DNA from: Amphiscolops sp. MND2022
Taxonomy: Eukaryota
DNA length: 64,000 nucleotides
Direction of reading: 5' to 3'
Assembly (NCBI GenBank): GCA_964187785.1
Contig: OZ076409.1
Span: forward strand, 1,302,001 to 1,366,000
The translations under genes and the position numbers were made by a program. The notes beneath the pieces were generated by a model, which saw only the letters and a list, made by a program, of their open reading frames with translations, had not been told where the DNA came from and did not search any database. This document shows positions 12,730 through 25,475 of the stretch, piece after piece; positions within the stretch are counted from its first letter, which is position 1, and each line of letters starts with the position of its first letter.

Positions 12730-13524
12730 GATGAAAAAGATACTTGGCTTTGCAAATGTGGCCGAAAATTGAAGCAGCGAAAAGGTACAGGTTGGAGCAA
12801 TTTGTATGCTCATATAAAAGTGCAACATCCGCAGAAAAGTGAAACAGTTGCAAATGATCTACCTGATCAGCCAACATTGAGTCACCCAATCTATGGCATC
12901 GTAAGCAAAAAAGCTCAAAATTTGTATGGTTGGTTGGAATGGGTGTGTATGGAACTCAAGCCATTCGAGTTCGTCGAGAGTGATCTGACAAGAAAGTATA
13001 CCAACTTGCAACCAATTTGTCGAAAAACTTTGATGAAATACATGCACTTGACGACATTAGAAGTCGAGAAGGCCATCACCAAGAGTTTGCCCGATCGATT
13101 TGCACTCCTATTAGATGGTTGGACTCATCATAGCACTCATTTTTTGGCAGTTTTTGCTTCTTCCATGGAGAACTCTGAACCAAATTCAGAAAACGAGCTC
13201 AGCTTGACCGAAATTTTACAATGTAAAAGATTGAAAAAACATGAAGATGACGAAGAAAACCAAACTCCGGTAATAGTAGAGAGTGATTTCGCTGAAGAAA
13301 TTCTGCAAAAGAGGCAGAAAAAGGGGAATGAATCGAAATATCTTAACTGTCGCTTCTTGTTCCCGACATCCAATATTTTGGAGAGGTTTTTTAGTGCTGC
13401 AGGCTATGCTCTGAATGATTTGAGACAGAATATAACCCCTGAACATTTGGAACAACAGCTGTTCCTTCGGGCGAACAAAAAGTACTGGACCGTTAAAACG
13501 GTCAATTCTGTTCTTTCTGATTGA
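12730..13524 (+). pseudogene. hAT transposase remnant: BED-like finger, first catalytic D and C-terminal dimerisation region; core deleted
   Basis: WLCKCGRKLKQRKGTGWSNLYAHIKVQHP; LLLDGWT; FPTSNILERFFSAAG...LEQQLFLRANKKYW. The probable N-terminus MSKNQAEICKTFFKLLE lies at 10446, on the other side of the LINE. Confidence 0.8.
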
Positions 13525-13959
13525 TATCGTTTCGTAATTGTTTTTTTTCGTTTGATTTTTGTTTTCATTTCTTACTGTTTCATGTGACTCAATTATTGCA
13601 ATTATTGGTATCAATTATTGATTGGCAAGTATTTTAATCAATTATTAATTGAAACATTTTTTATCCCCAATTATTTTCCAATTTTTAATTGCCAGGCCCT
13701 GGCCGTAGGTACAGGTGCAGAAACAAGTGATACTTTGATGAAAACTTGAAGGACCGAATAGGAAACATTGACAACGAAACTAAATTGCTCTACAGGTTGA
13801 TATTTTCATTTTTTTCCTTTGTTTTTCTCTTCTATCAGATTCCATGGATCTTCGTCATCAATCAAGTGCCATGTGTGACATCATGTTGGAGAGAGAAGAC
13901 ATATACCCGTGGGCAGGGATGTCGATTATCTGTTCAAATAAATATGCCACCCCACAATA

Positions 13960-16480
13960 AAGCAGAGCCGCATATGTGGTAAGGGAGTCGGCTTAGGTCT
14001 TCCTTCTTACTCGCTCTAATCCCAGTCATACGAAATAATTGAAATTGCACACATGGGATCATATTATGGTGTAGAATGACTGTAGGAAATTACGTTCGAA
14101 TCGTATGCACAGTTCTTGCGAAAATCAAACCAGAGCCGCATATGCGGTAAAGGAGTCGGCTTAAGTCTTTTTCCTTCTGACTCGCTTTCGTTCGAATCGT
14201 ATGAACAGCTTGTAAGAGAAAATCGAAAAATGACTGTTTTTTTGGCCACCTTTGGGCTAAATTTGGCTATGTTTCTCACATCTCAGCCATACGAATTTAA
14301 TGAAATTGCACATAAGGGACCATAATATGGTGTAGAATGACTGTAGAAACTTTCGTTCGAATCGTATGGAGTTTTTGAGAAAATCGAAAAAAAATTGAAA
14401 AATGACTGTTTTTTTGGCCAATTTTGAGCTAATTTTGGCTATGTTTCTCACATCCCAGCCATACGATTTTGATGCCACTGCACATATAGGACTCTAATAT
14501 AGTGTAGAATAACTGTAGAAAATTTCGTTCGAATCGTATGGACAGTTTTTGAGAAAATCGAAAAAAGTCGAAAAATGGCTGTTTTTTTGGCCAATTTTGG
14601 GCTAATTTTGGCTGTTTCTCACATCCCAGCCATACGATTTTGATGCCATTGCACATAAAGGACTCTAATATGGTGTAGAATAACTGTAGAAAATTTCGTT
14701 CGAATCGTATGAACAGTTTTTGAGAAAATCGAAAAAAGTCGAAAAATGGCTGTTTTTTGGCCATTTTTGGGCTAATTTTGGCTATGTTTCTCACATCCAG
14801 GCCATACGATTTTGATGCCTTTGCACACACAGGGGCCCCTTTGGGTGTAGAATGACTGTGCAAAATTTCGTGAAAATCGTATGGACAGTTTTTGAGAAAT
14901 TTGAAATTTTCATGAAAAGGTCGGGAGAAAAAAAAACAGCACGATTGCATAAGTAGTCGAAAATTTTTACCGACTCCTAAAAATGGCTGTTTTGTGGCCA
15001 TTTTTGGGTTAATTTTGGCTATGTTTCTCACATCCCAGCCATACGATTTTGATGCCACTGCACATATAGGACTCTAATATGGTGTAGAATAACTGTAGAA
15101 AATTTCGTTCGAATCGTATGGACAGTTTTTGAGAAAATCGAAAAAAGTCGAAAAATGGCTGTTTTTTTGGCCATTTTTTGGGCTAATTCTGGCTGTTTCT
15201 CACATCCCAGCCATACGATTTTGATGCCACTGCACATATAGGACTCTAATATGGTGTAGAATAACTGTAGAAAATTTCGTTCGAATCGTATGGACAGTTT
15301 TTGAGAAAATCGAAAAAAGTCGAAAAATGGCTGTTTTTTGGCCATTTTTGGGCTAATTTTGGCTATGTTTCTCACATCCAGGCCATACGATTTTGATGCC
15401 TTTGCACACGCAGGGGCCCCTTTGGGTGTAGAATGACTGTGCAAAATTTCGTGAAAATCGTATGGACAGTTTTTGAGAAATTTGAAATTTTCATGAAAAG
15501 GTCGGGAGAAAAAAAAACAGCACGATTGCATAAGTAGTCGAAAATTTTTTCCGACTCCTAAAAATGGCTGTTTTGTGGCCATTTTTGGGTTGATTTTGGC
15601 TATGTTTCTCACATCCCAGCCATACGATTTTGATGCCACTGCACATATAGGACTCTAATATGGTGTAGAATAACTGTAGAAAATTTCGTTCGAATCGTAT
15701 GGACAGTTTTTGAGAAAATCGAAAAAAGTCGAAAAATGGCTGTTTTTTGGCCATTTTTGGGCTAATTTTGGCTATGTTTCTCACATCCAGGCCATACGAT
15801 TTTGATGCCTTTGCACACGCAGGGGCCCTTTGGGTGTAGAATGACTGTGCAAAATTTCGTGAAAATCGTATGGACAGTTTTTGAGAAATTTGAAATTTTC
15901 ATGAAAAAGTCGGGAGAAAAAAAACAGCACGATTGCATAAGTAGTCGAAAATTTTTTCCGACTCCTAAAAATGGCTGTTTTGTGGCCATTTTTGGGTTGA
16001 TTTTGGCTATGTTTCTCACATCCCAGCCATACGATTTTGATGCCATTGCACATAAAGGACTCTAATATGGTGTAGAATAACTGTAAGAAAATTTCGTTCG
16101 AATCGTATGGACAGTTGTTGTGAAAATCGAAAAAAGTCGAAAAATGGCTGTTTTTTGGCCATTTTTGGGCTAATTATGGCTATGTTTCTCACATCCCACC
16201 CAGTCATACGATTTTGATGCCTTTGCACACGCAGGGGCCCCTTTGGGTGTAGAATGACTACAAAATTTTGTTCGAATCGTATGGACAGTTTTTGCGAAAA
16301 TCGAAAGAAGTCGAAAAATGGCTTCGGGTTAGTTTTGGCTATGCTTCTCACATTCCAGCCATACCATTTGGAAGCCATTGCATAAATAGGATTCTATGGT
16401 GTAGAATGACAAGAATATTTCGTTCGAATTTTATGGAGAGTTTTTGAGAAAATTGACGTCGAAAAAAGGCTGTTTTTACC
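13960..16480 (-). repeat. Tandem array of about 172-bp and 237-bp units derived from HINE family D
   Basis: The anchor GATGCC recurs at 14471, 14642, 14814, 15051, 15223, 15395, 15632, 15804, 16039 and 16216. The sequence is homologous to the dispersed copy at 7938-8328. Confidence 0.9.
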
Positions 16481-16489
16481 ATTTCTGTG

Positions 16490-18435
16490 CTAATATTCCT
16501 CACGGGTGGCAGTAAATAGGTCGAATTTTTCTGGTCGAAAGGACAGAGGTCGAACCTTTTGATCGAATATTACCAAAATATACCAAAATATTAATGCTGA
16601 TGACGTAAGAAACAGACAGGTTCTCCTCCACTTTTCGAAAGCCTTCGACAAAATCAAACATTCGATTCTGTTGGAGAAGCTGCTGAGCTTAAACCTTAGT
16701 AAAAGATCATACAACCTAAATAAAGACTATCTCAGTGACAGAACACAAAGTGTGAGGGTGAATGGCGTTGTTTCAGAAAACCTCAAAATTTCATCAGGTG
16801 TCCCTCAGGGGGGGTACGGAAAACTCAACACATGAAAACTCAACACATGAAAACTCAACACAAGAAAACTCAACACAGAAAACTCAACCCAAAAAAAAAT
16901 AGAAAACTCAACACAAGAAAACTCAACACAGAAAACTCAACACATTTCAACACATTTAATTAATTTAGGTTAACACCTCAATTGAGTTTATTTTCCGAAA
17001 TCTAACTAAATGTTAAATCCGTATTATTTTCGTTTACACTTAGTCACAACTGCGACTCATTTCAAAGACATATAAAAACATATAATTTCCATTACACCTA
17101 GTCATGATTGAGACTTTTTCCTATATTAAACTGTTTTTCACGTTGAAACGTCGTTAACATTGGCCCAAACCATGAAACAAAACGATAGAAAAAGTTTAGA
17201 CGCAAGCACAATTATTTTTAAAAAAAATTGTGTCAAATGCATAAATTTTGAGCAATACGAACAAGTAATATAGATGTATAATATATATCACGATTAATAA
17301 ATGCTTAAAATGTGTTGAGTTTTCTGTGTTGAGTTTCCGTGTGTTGAGTTTTCTTGTGTTGAGTTTTCTGTGTTGAGTTTTCGTGTGTTGAGTTTTCTGT
17401 GTTGAGTTTTCTGGTAATCCCTCAGGGATCGGTTGTAGGACCCATTCTGTTTCTATTGTATATCAACGACCTACCGGTTGTAGTATTCTCATCAATGGCA
17501 CTACTATTCGCTGATGATCTGAAATTGATCAGTAAAACTGCAACGAATGATCTGACTAGCTTACAGAATGATATCAACAATCTTCATTCCTGGAGAGTGC
17601 AAAATTGTCTCCTGTTCAACTACAAGAAATGTTCCGTAATTACATTCTCCTTGGGAAGAAATCTTGATCAGCAGGAGTTGATGTTAGGACACAATGGATT
17701 AAAACATCGGAGTATAGCAAGAGACCTTGGACTTGAATTGAGGAACATCTCAGATGGGCTGAACATGTCAAAACGCGAATCGGAAAGGCAATGCGAAGTT
17801 GGTATTTAATTAAAAGGGACACTAGCCCGATAATTACTTCACATGCGAAAATCCACCTTTACCGCGCTATAATCTGCCCAATTCTTATGTTTGCATCAGA
17901 ATGCTGGGACCTGAAACGGAGTGATTATCAGATCCTTGAAACCTTCAACAAAAAGGTTCTTCGCTGGATTACCGGCATGCATGATTACAAAGAGGCTTTG
18001 ATAGCTTCAAACTTGTTACCTCCCCTCTACTTGAAAGTATTAAAGGACCTACTGTTATTCTCGAAGATCGTGTCTGGAAATTATGATGTTGATTTCTCGA
18101 TGTTTTATGAAGTAAACTGGAGTGCCTACAGAATAAGAGTCAAGCTACCCGAAATTCGCTACGAAGCGCAGAGACACAACTTCTGGTACAGAACAGGATT
18201 CAAAGTGAATACCTTGCTAAAAAGTGAATAACTTGCTAAAAAATCTTCATTTTTTCGAAAACACTGAACTCAAGTCGAACTTATTAACTCTCATGTGGGA
18301 CTTTTTTTCGAAGAAACTGGCACTCTAGTAATCCATGTAGTTGGATCTATTTATGTTTATGTTCAAGTTGTCGTGCCAATCCAATGTCATAACATAGGGA
18401 GTAACTCTCCCAGTGATGCATATGTCACGAAGTCC

Positions 18436-18490
<55 letters not shown>

Positions 18491-18513
18491 AATAACAATA
18501 ATAATAATAATAA
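16490..18513 (+). mobile_element. Degenerate CR1/L2-type LINE (3' part) with (AAT)n tail
   Basis: FSKAFDKIKH, GVPQG|SVVGPILFLLYINDL, LFADD and C-terminal NPCSWIYLCLCSSCR; frameshifts; AAT microsatellite at 18437-18513 directly after a short 3' UTR. Confidence 0.88.
16811..17417. mobile_element. Foldback/Mutator-like MITE inserted in the LINE RT
   Basis: Arms of tandem AAAACTCAACAC (left) and GTGTTGAGTTTT (right); flanking direct repeat TCCCTCAGGG at 16801-16810 and 17418-17427. Confidence 0.85.
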
Positions 18514-18561
18514 TTGCAGGGATCGAATGGAATGCGGTCGAATTTTATCGTATTTGTAATA

Positions 18562-18690
18562 TGGCTCGGTTGCTTCGCTTCCTTCGCCAAGTAGCAACAT
18601 TGAGGCATGGCCATATGGCACGTCGCTCCGCTTCGCTTCGCTCCTGCATTCAGGGCACTAGGGGTATGTGAACATATCTGACTACGTTAT
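18562..18690. repeat. Dispersed repeat of about 130 bp (second copy at about 34996-35124)
   Basis: Shared CCTTCGCCAAGTAGCAA...CATATGGCACGTCGCTCCGCTTCGCTTCGCTCCTGCATT...CTGACTACGTTAT. Confidence 0.8.
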
Positions 18691-20559
18691 AAAAATTTCG
18701 ATCCGAAATGTTTCGTTCCCATTCAAAAATTTGGTATGTCGACCTGAGGACTAACTCAGATTTTCGATCCTGTTCCTTCGACCTACTTCCGTTCACCCAT
18801 TCCTCACATCCCAGTCAAATATTTTTGATGCGCTTTCGCACGCAGGGGGAATTAGGTCCAGTTTGTAAAATACCAATTCGTAGAATTCCACAAACTTGTC
18901 CTAGGTGGTCCAGTTTGTAGATTTTTTTCTACAAACTGGATCATCAAATTCTACAAAAAAGGAAATCCTTCTCACAATATCCTGAGAGCTCCATCGCCTA
19001 GGACCCGCCGCCTAAGATCCGAAGGAATAAGATCTAAAAACCGGAGCAGCGAATGAAGTGAGAAGCGAACAGTGCCAGGAAGACCGTTCAAACAGTCTAG
19101 TTCAACTCTTTTATCACAGTGACACGTAAACCCAACACCGACTTTCGATCCGAGGCGTTTAACCATTTGAAATCCGAAACTGCTGTTCATCAAATTTCAG
19201 GCGTAGGTTCTTGCGAGGAACAACGTTCAGCCACTGAGACCAGAATTTGCCTTGGCGAGCGTAGAAACCTTCGAACGTTTGCCCTTCAAAAAATAATCTT
19301 CAGCAGTTTTGACATAGTCAGGTTGGATCCAATTTGTCTGGGGTCCATGGAGAGGACTTTTTTGTTCATTCGTCAACCCAGACAGTTCTCAAGCATTTTT
19401 CTGAACGAAACATCTTCAAAGGGTTTTGAGAAAGAGGTCGCGAGAAAGTCACTCGCACCAGACGCTTGGATCAAAAAGGGGGAAGTGCTAACAGTGATGC
19501 GGATGAAACCCCAAGACCCCCCATTTCAGGAAAAAGTACCTGCTGCATACTCAAAATATTGTCAAAGATCACGTTACACACTTTGGAAAGTCGTCGCGTA
19601 CAGTTTCATCATACTTTTCCAAGAGAGCTGGATAGTTGAAACTTTTTTGGTTCCCAAGAAGTACAACAATTTGGCAGACTGAAGCAAAACTTCAACATAA
19701 AGAAACCATAAAGCGCATCCAGTTTTCCAACAATTCCTTGTTTTTTCCAGCCCATTTGTTTTCTCTTGCAAAAGGCTTGCCTGTGATTTCGCGCCGAGCG
19801 TTGAACCAAGACTAACTAATTCATTTTTTTGGTGTTTTGCTCTCAGACATACTTTTTGAAAAGATGCTAAAACTGCCAATTGTCGTTTCTCAGTCATGTC
19901 TTCAACGAAACTGACAAACAACAAGTGAATAATACAAAAAAAATGAATACAAAAAATAGGCTTCATCAAAATCATTTTATGAAAAAGAATACAGCAACGG
20001 ACATCCTGTGATGACTGTATATTTTTAACAAATAGACTGGATTGTTAGAAGTTAGCATTGGGACTTCCGTCTTGTGCACTAAATGTTAAGGCCGTAAAAA
20101 TTATATGATGCGAAAATGTTGCTAGTTTTTGAGAACTTTCTTTATCCATCTCAGATGGCAGAGATCGTCGCCATTAATTTAGTGCGATGTAGGCCGTCAT
20201 GTAGAGGACGAGATGATACACATCTGTGGTCTGCAAACAAATGGTGACTAAATGAAAGATAAAGCACCACTACACCTATTACTCATGACAGCCACTATCA
20301 CAGTAGAACGAGAGAACGAAAACGAAAAAAAAACAACAACCCACGCTGCTTGTCGGGTTGCCACGAGAGCCAGTCCCAGGAAACAGCACTAGACGTTTCC
20401 AATTTCTTAAATTTTGCCAATTTTTCAAGAATGGGGGCCCGGAGCCGCACCGAATCTTAATGTTGTAGGTGCTCTTCAGTGAACATCAACCTTTAGTGTC
20501 ACGATAGCTAATTTAGACCAGTAACTGTTTTCAATTTTTTGCGTTGTTGACTTGAAAAG

Positions 20560-21640
20560 AGATCTTGAAAACTCAGGAAGTTGGAAATCCCCGTAGCTGG
20601 AAATTTGATACCCAGTATATGTAACGTTTGTGAAATCCCGTCATTTTTTGCCTAATGGCGCTTATTGTTCTCCTCTTAAAGCTGTTTTTTTTGGGAAAAC
20701 GACGTGGAGGAGGTGAACGTCCGACGTCCTCACTTAGTGCATTTATCAACAAGCGTTTTCGGGATAGCGACATTGAGAAAAACAGAAACGCAACAAAAAA
20801 CGACATCAGAGAAGTCAGTTAGATTGAAGACCGCGCTCCATTTGCACTAAACTAGACGAAGGTATTATTAGGGCCTGAATCAGAAAGGCCGTAGGCCACA
20901 ATAAGATTGCAGACTTCACGATCGACAACTGCGTGGCCCTCAAGCTGACACATTTGCAGTGGGAATTTTGCTCTGTTCCAGACGCCAAATACCGATTGTT
21001 TTCAACCTCTGAGTTCTTTGTGCAGAGGACTTTCGTGTTTTTGCCCAACAGCTCTGTTTTACCACCAAAATTTTACTGTGAAGTCAGAAAGACGCACTGT
21101 ACTGAAATCTTGTGAGTGTGCTTCTCGAGGGAAAAGTACCTTACGAATTTTGTCCGTACTTCCTTGTTGCGAAAATAAGTGCGCTAAAAGTGCCCAAATA
21201 GGAGCTTTGTCCAATCGCTGTAGGCAGTACTTTTCGGCGGTTGTCCGCGGATTGTGCCGGATATTGTGTCTTTGAATCACGTCGAGCAAGATAAAGAAGT
21301 CGACAAGTGGGTGTGGGTTTCAAAAGGGCGTTCAATTTTAAAATCCATCCTGAAGTATATAAAAACTCACGCTTGGCGTACAATCATGCAAGTTTCCTTT
21401 TTCACGGTGACTTAGCAATCAAACTTAGTGAATGGACCCAACAAGGAGATCCTGATTCTTCAGTGTTTTTTTTCGGATTCCATTCAGGATCTGATTAACA
21501 GTTTGGAGTCGAAAGTAAACTTATGTTACCTCGTAGTTGGAATTTAAGTGATGATTACAGAACCGTTTTTACAAGAGTTCAAAAAATTGGTGAAGCTGAA
21601 AAAACGCTGGGACTCACTATAAACCCGACAGAATAAACGT
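20560..21640 (+). pseudogene. Heavily decayed non-LTR RT, CRE-clade-like
   Basis: GKVPYEFCPYFLVAKISALKVPK*ELCPIAVGSTFRRLSADCAG (about 21130-21262), QVGVG, TQQGDP and GLTINP; many stops and frameshifts; boundaries approximate. Confidence 0.65.
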
Positions 21641-21790
21641 CACAGTAAACCAGTCATAATAAACCTGTCTAGAATCCAGATATACAAATTTCGTTCACAC
21701 TTTTTCTTCCTTTGAGGATTTGCTTTCTTGGTTAGGAAATCAACAACTTCAACATTTGAGTCGCAAAAAACGGGTTAATTCGATCATAAT

Positions 21791-23448
21791 CAGGGTTTCC
21801 GGGTACCCGGTTTTCTATGGAACCGAACCGGCAGATGCTTCCAGGAACCGGGAACCGGAACTGGCCCGGTTCCTAAATTGAGAACAGGAACCGGAACCGT
21901 GAAGAATCTTTGGAACCGGCCAGGAACCGGTCAAAAAACTGATAATCTAAATAATTTTATGAAAATAAAATCACACTGCGTTCATATTGTTTAGTTCCAT
22001 CACCATGAAAAGGTTATAGATTACCACAACCAAAAACAAAAGTGTGTACAAAACGTACGGTACAGTTGAACACAGCAAACTCAATCAACTCAATAATGAA
22101 AATTACTCCAAAAATGCTTGTTTTTATTCAAAAAAACATTGCGTGATAATTTTCGGGTGAGAGTCGGTTTTGAAGGAAATTTTTACTCAAACGACAAAAT
22201 GAAAATAGCCTTTCAGTGTCGACACTAGCGGGTCGGAAATTTTCGAGGAATTCCATAATGTCAAACACATCTTTTTCAACGCGAGAATTGAAATCTTGAA
22301 ATGAAAGTATTTCACTGCCCACATAAACATGATCTTCACTTGGCTGTTGATTGCTTAGCGTAGGTGATAAAGCAATTTGGCGAACTTTATCGAAGAATCC
22401 TACATTGTTGTTATTGATTATTGCATTGACAGTAGCATTGCCGTCGACCCATTTGCTTAACACGTCGCGTATTGGGTTACATAGGTCTGCTTCCCGACTC
22501 GCTAGGTTGTTCCGAAATTTAATTACTCGCACGGCTAATTTAGCATCAGCTTTCTCGTTCTGAAGCGCCATTGTTAATTCCCAAAAGAAATATAGCTACA
22601 TAAAATGCAACTGAACATAATTAAACCTAATTTTTTTTATTATTCAACTATACCTTGAGTGGTGACAGAACTTTTTGAATACGTATTAACCGACGCCAGT
22701 CAAAATCTTCAAAATCTTCTGGAGGGAGCAAAAGAATCAAAATGTCGCGTAGTTCTATAAAACGATTTATGCAGTCATATAAAGAATTCCAGCGAGTTTC
22801 GTTGTCGATATAAATACTCTTGGAACTTGAATTCATAGTTTCTTGTATACGTTTGAGTTTTTCCTGCAACATGCTGCTTTTCTTTATTGTCTTCAAAAAC
22901 TAACCGGGCAACTTCATCGAGTCCCTTTTTCGTGGTACTCAGTTTACATACTTTATACGAAATTAACGACTGGTTAGTGGGTGCAGGTTTGGGATCGCAT
23001 AGTTTAGTATGCTCCGCCATTGCAGATGTTGAGCCATCAACGCTCTTTATAATTGTGCTACATTTAATGCACTTCCGATTGACAGTTTTTTTCCATTGAC
23101 ATACTCGGCAACAAATTTTGAAGACCAAGTAACCTGCCCAGTTTTTTCTTTGCGATATTCTGTAGTGATTAATGGCGCATCATCAACCTCCCCCACTCCC
23201 ACAGGCTCACCCATTTTCAAAATCTAAAAAAAGAAACGCACATTGCACATACTGACATTTTCGAAAATTATTTAAACATCAATAAAATATATATCCACCA
23301 CTTAAAAATATTTTAATACCTCTTTAAAACTGAGAACCGAACCGGAACTGAGAACCAAAAGTTTGCCTTTCTAGGAACCGGAACCGGAACCGAATTGCTT
23401 GGAACCGGAACCGACCCCGGGTACCCGGAACCGGAATCGGAAACCCTG
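21791..23448 (-). mobile_element. hAT DNA transposon deletion derivative
   Basis: TIR CAGGGTTTCCG...CGGAAACCCTG; 8-bp TSD ATCATAAT; subterminal GGAACC repeats. Minus-strand remnants: BED KCIKCSTIIKSVDGSTSAMAEH, DNETRWNS and RPASVDTERLFS. Confidence 0.92.
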
Positions 23449-24171
23449 ATCATAATCACAGCCAAAGTGTGAGGAAAATATTTTGTTGAAACGAAAAACC
23501 TTTCTGATAGAAAAAGTTCCTGTTATTGTCAGAGATTTCATTCCTAATTATGCGAGTTTGAAAATCTCCACCTTTTTTTCAGACAACAAAGTAGGGGCAT
23601 TAAAAAGCAAAGGAAACGTTCAGAGTAATCATTTTATACCATGTTGGAACATCAGGTTTTCCATTTTTTTGCACTCCTAACTACCTCAATTTTGCATCAT
23701 TTTTTCATCCTACCGAGGGGAGGTTGTTGTTGTTTCTGAACAAAAACTATTTTTTTGTTTTGTAAACTCAATACTTGATATACCAAGCGCTGGTTCGGAC
23801 TTTGCGGAAAGCATCTTAGTTTGGGAACTTTTCCAGTCCTCACCCTTCATTTTGGACTATTAAAACATTCAAGGGTTGGTGGGAAATTGGAAACGTAACA
23901 CAGTTTTTTTTCGAGTACAGAAATTTTTTTCAAAGGAAGCCATTCTAGGCCTTTTTCAGTAATAATCGCGAAACGTCTAAAAGTCTCCGGGTGGTGGTAA
24001 AAAATGTGATGTTTGGTATCTCTATAGACCTTAACCATATAAATCATTTTCGGTTCTTTTCTGTTTTTCCCCACCACCAAAATTTTTGAAAATAACTTTC
24101 CTTAAAAACTTTAGACTAGCCTAATTAAAAGTAAAACCTTCTTTCATTACAGGAAGCTAACTTCTATTAGA

Positions 24172-25475
24172 GTAGTTTTCGCTTGAACAAAACATTGATC
24201 ACACATTTTGACTATAATTATGTTCGTATTAAGTGTCCATTGATTACTCAAAACAGGAAGTTGCTGATTTCTTCATCAAAAATGCGTGACTACATATTGA
24301 AAAAGGGTGAACAAAGTATGTATTTGAATCCTACACTGTCACATTAAGAATAAATGTAAATCTGAAGCTTTCTGGTTTGTATTCAAGTCTGTTTGTTAGA
24401 AGATTTTCACTAATTTCCAAACAAAATTGGCGGTGGTGGGGGGGGGTAACAGAAAAGAGCCTCATTTTCTTTTTCCAGTTACATTTTCCAGACGGAAAAA
24501 CAAGCATAAAAAAACTCGTATCTTACATTTGGCAAAATAGCACGTGTTCTTTATATATTACTTCTATGACGTTTCATTTCATACACGTATTATATTGCTG
24601 CACGCTTTTTCATATTCGTTTATCATTTTGGTCCCAAAAACGATGTTCTTTTAGCTTTGCGATACTTAAGCTGATTTGTTATTAGTTTGTTTCATCGTTT
24701 GAATGGCCGAGAAAAGCGTGTTTCTTAACTTAACAATTTGACGTAATTTGATTGTCACAGTGTCATCAATATTTTTTAACCTTCGCTTTATTCCTTACGT
24801 TGCATTCGATTCAAAACATTCAAAGGAGCACAGCAGTTAAAACAAGTGATCTGGTTACATTGGGAGAAAAGTTTAGACATGCGAGGTGAGTAATATTTCC
24901 GTGTTTCTTATTGTTCTCCCAATTAATTCAGATGTATTTAAAAGTCATTTGCAATACTGAAACAAGAGTTTTTAAAATTTCAATTGAATTAATAATTTAA
25001 TTTAATTTAAAAAAATCATTTTTTTCCTAGAGTTTTTAATTTATCTTCAACTGAATAACTTTCCAAAGCAAGGAAAATAACCATCCTATGGTTTCATGTA
25101 ATAGTGGCGGCTTTCATTTGATTGCTACTAAATTAGAGCGACTTAATGAAGTTGTAGACTGACCTTACTAATTCTTCTAAGCTACTTTGGGCTCTTTTCT
25201 GTCCCCCCACCACCAATTTTTTTTCTTGGAAAGTTAGTGAAAATATTATAACAAATAGATTTGAATACAAACCAGAAAGCTTCAGTTTTAAACTTATTCT
25301 CAAGGTGATAGTTTAAGATTCAGATACAAACTTTGTTCACACTTTTTCCATATGCAGTCACGCTTTTTTTGATGAAAAAATCAACAGCTTCCTGTTTTGA
25401 GTCATCAATAGACACTTAATACGAACATAATTATAGTCAAAATGCGTGAACAATGTTTTGTTCAAGCAAAAAACT
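24172..25475. repeat. Long (about 290 bp) imperfect inverted repeat, foldback/MITE-like
   Basis: About 24175-24461 is the reverse complement of about 25190-25475. Part of the arm recurs at about 31445-31562. Confidence 0.8.

Larger units (their letters stand above)
10299..13701 (+). mobile_element. hAT DNA transposon, internally deleted and interrupted by a LINE
   Basis: TIR CAGGGGCTGGCAATTAAAAAT...ATTTTTAATTGCCAGGCCCTG; perfect 8-bp TSD GCCGTAGG (10291-10298 and 13702-13709). Confidence 0.92.

Noticed and set aside
12719..12889. N-terminal part of the listed 763-aa RT ORF, suggesting an overlapping gene or fusion
   Set aside because: It is the antisense strand of the hAT transposase, open by chance beyond the LINE 5' truncation.
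14064..16378. Many 70-209 aa ORFs with repeated peptides (MASKSYGWDVRNIAK...)
   Set aside because: They are by-products of the tandem array and shift frame between units.
18325..18621. Poly-Leu ORF
   Set aside because: Antisense reading of the (AAT)n LINE tail.
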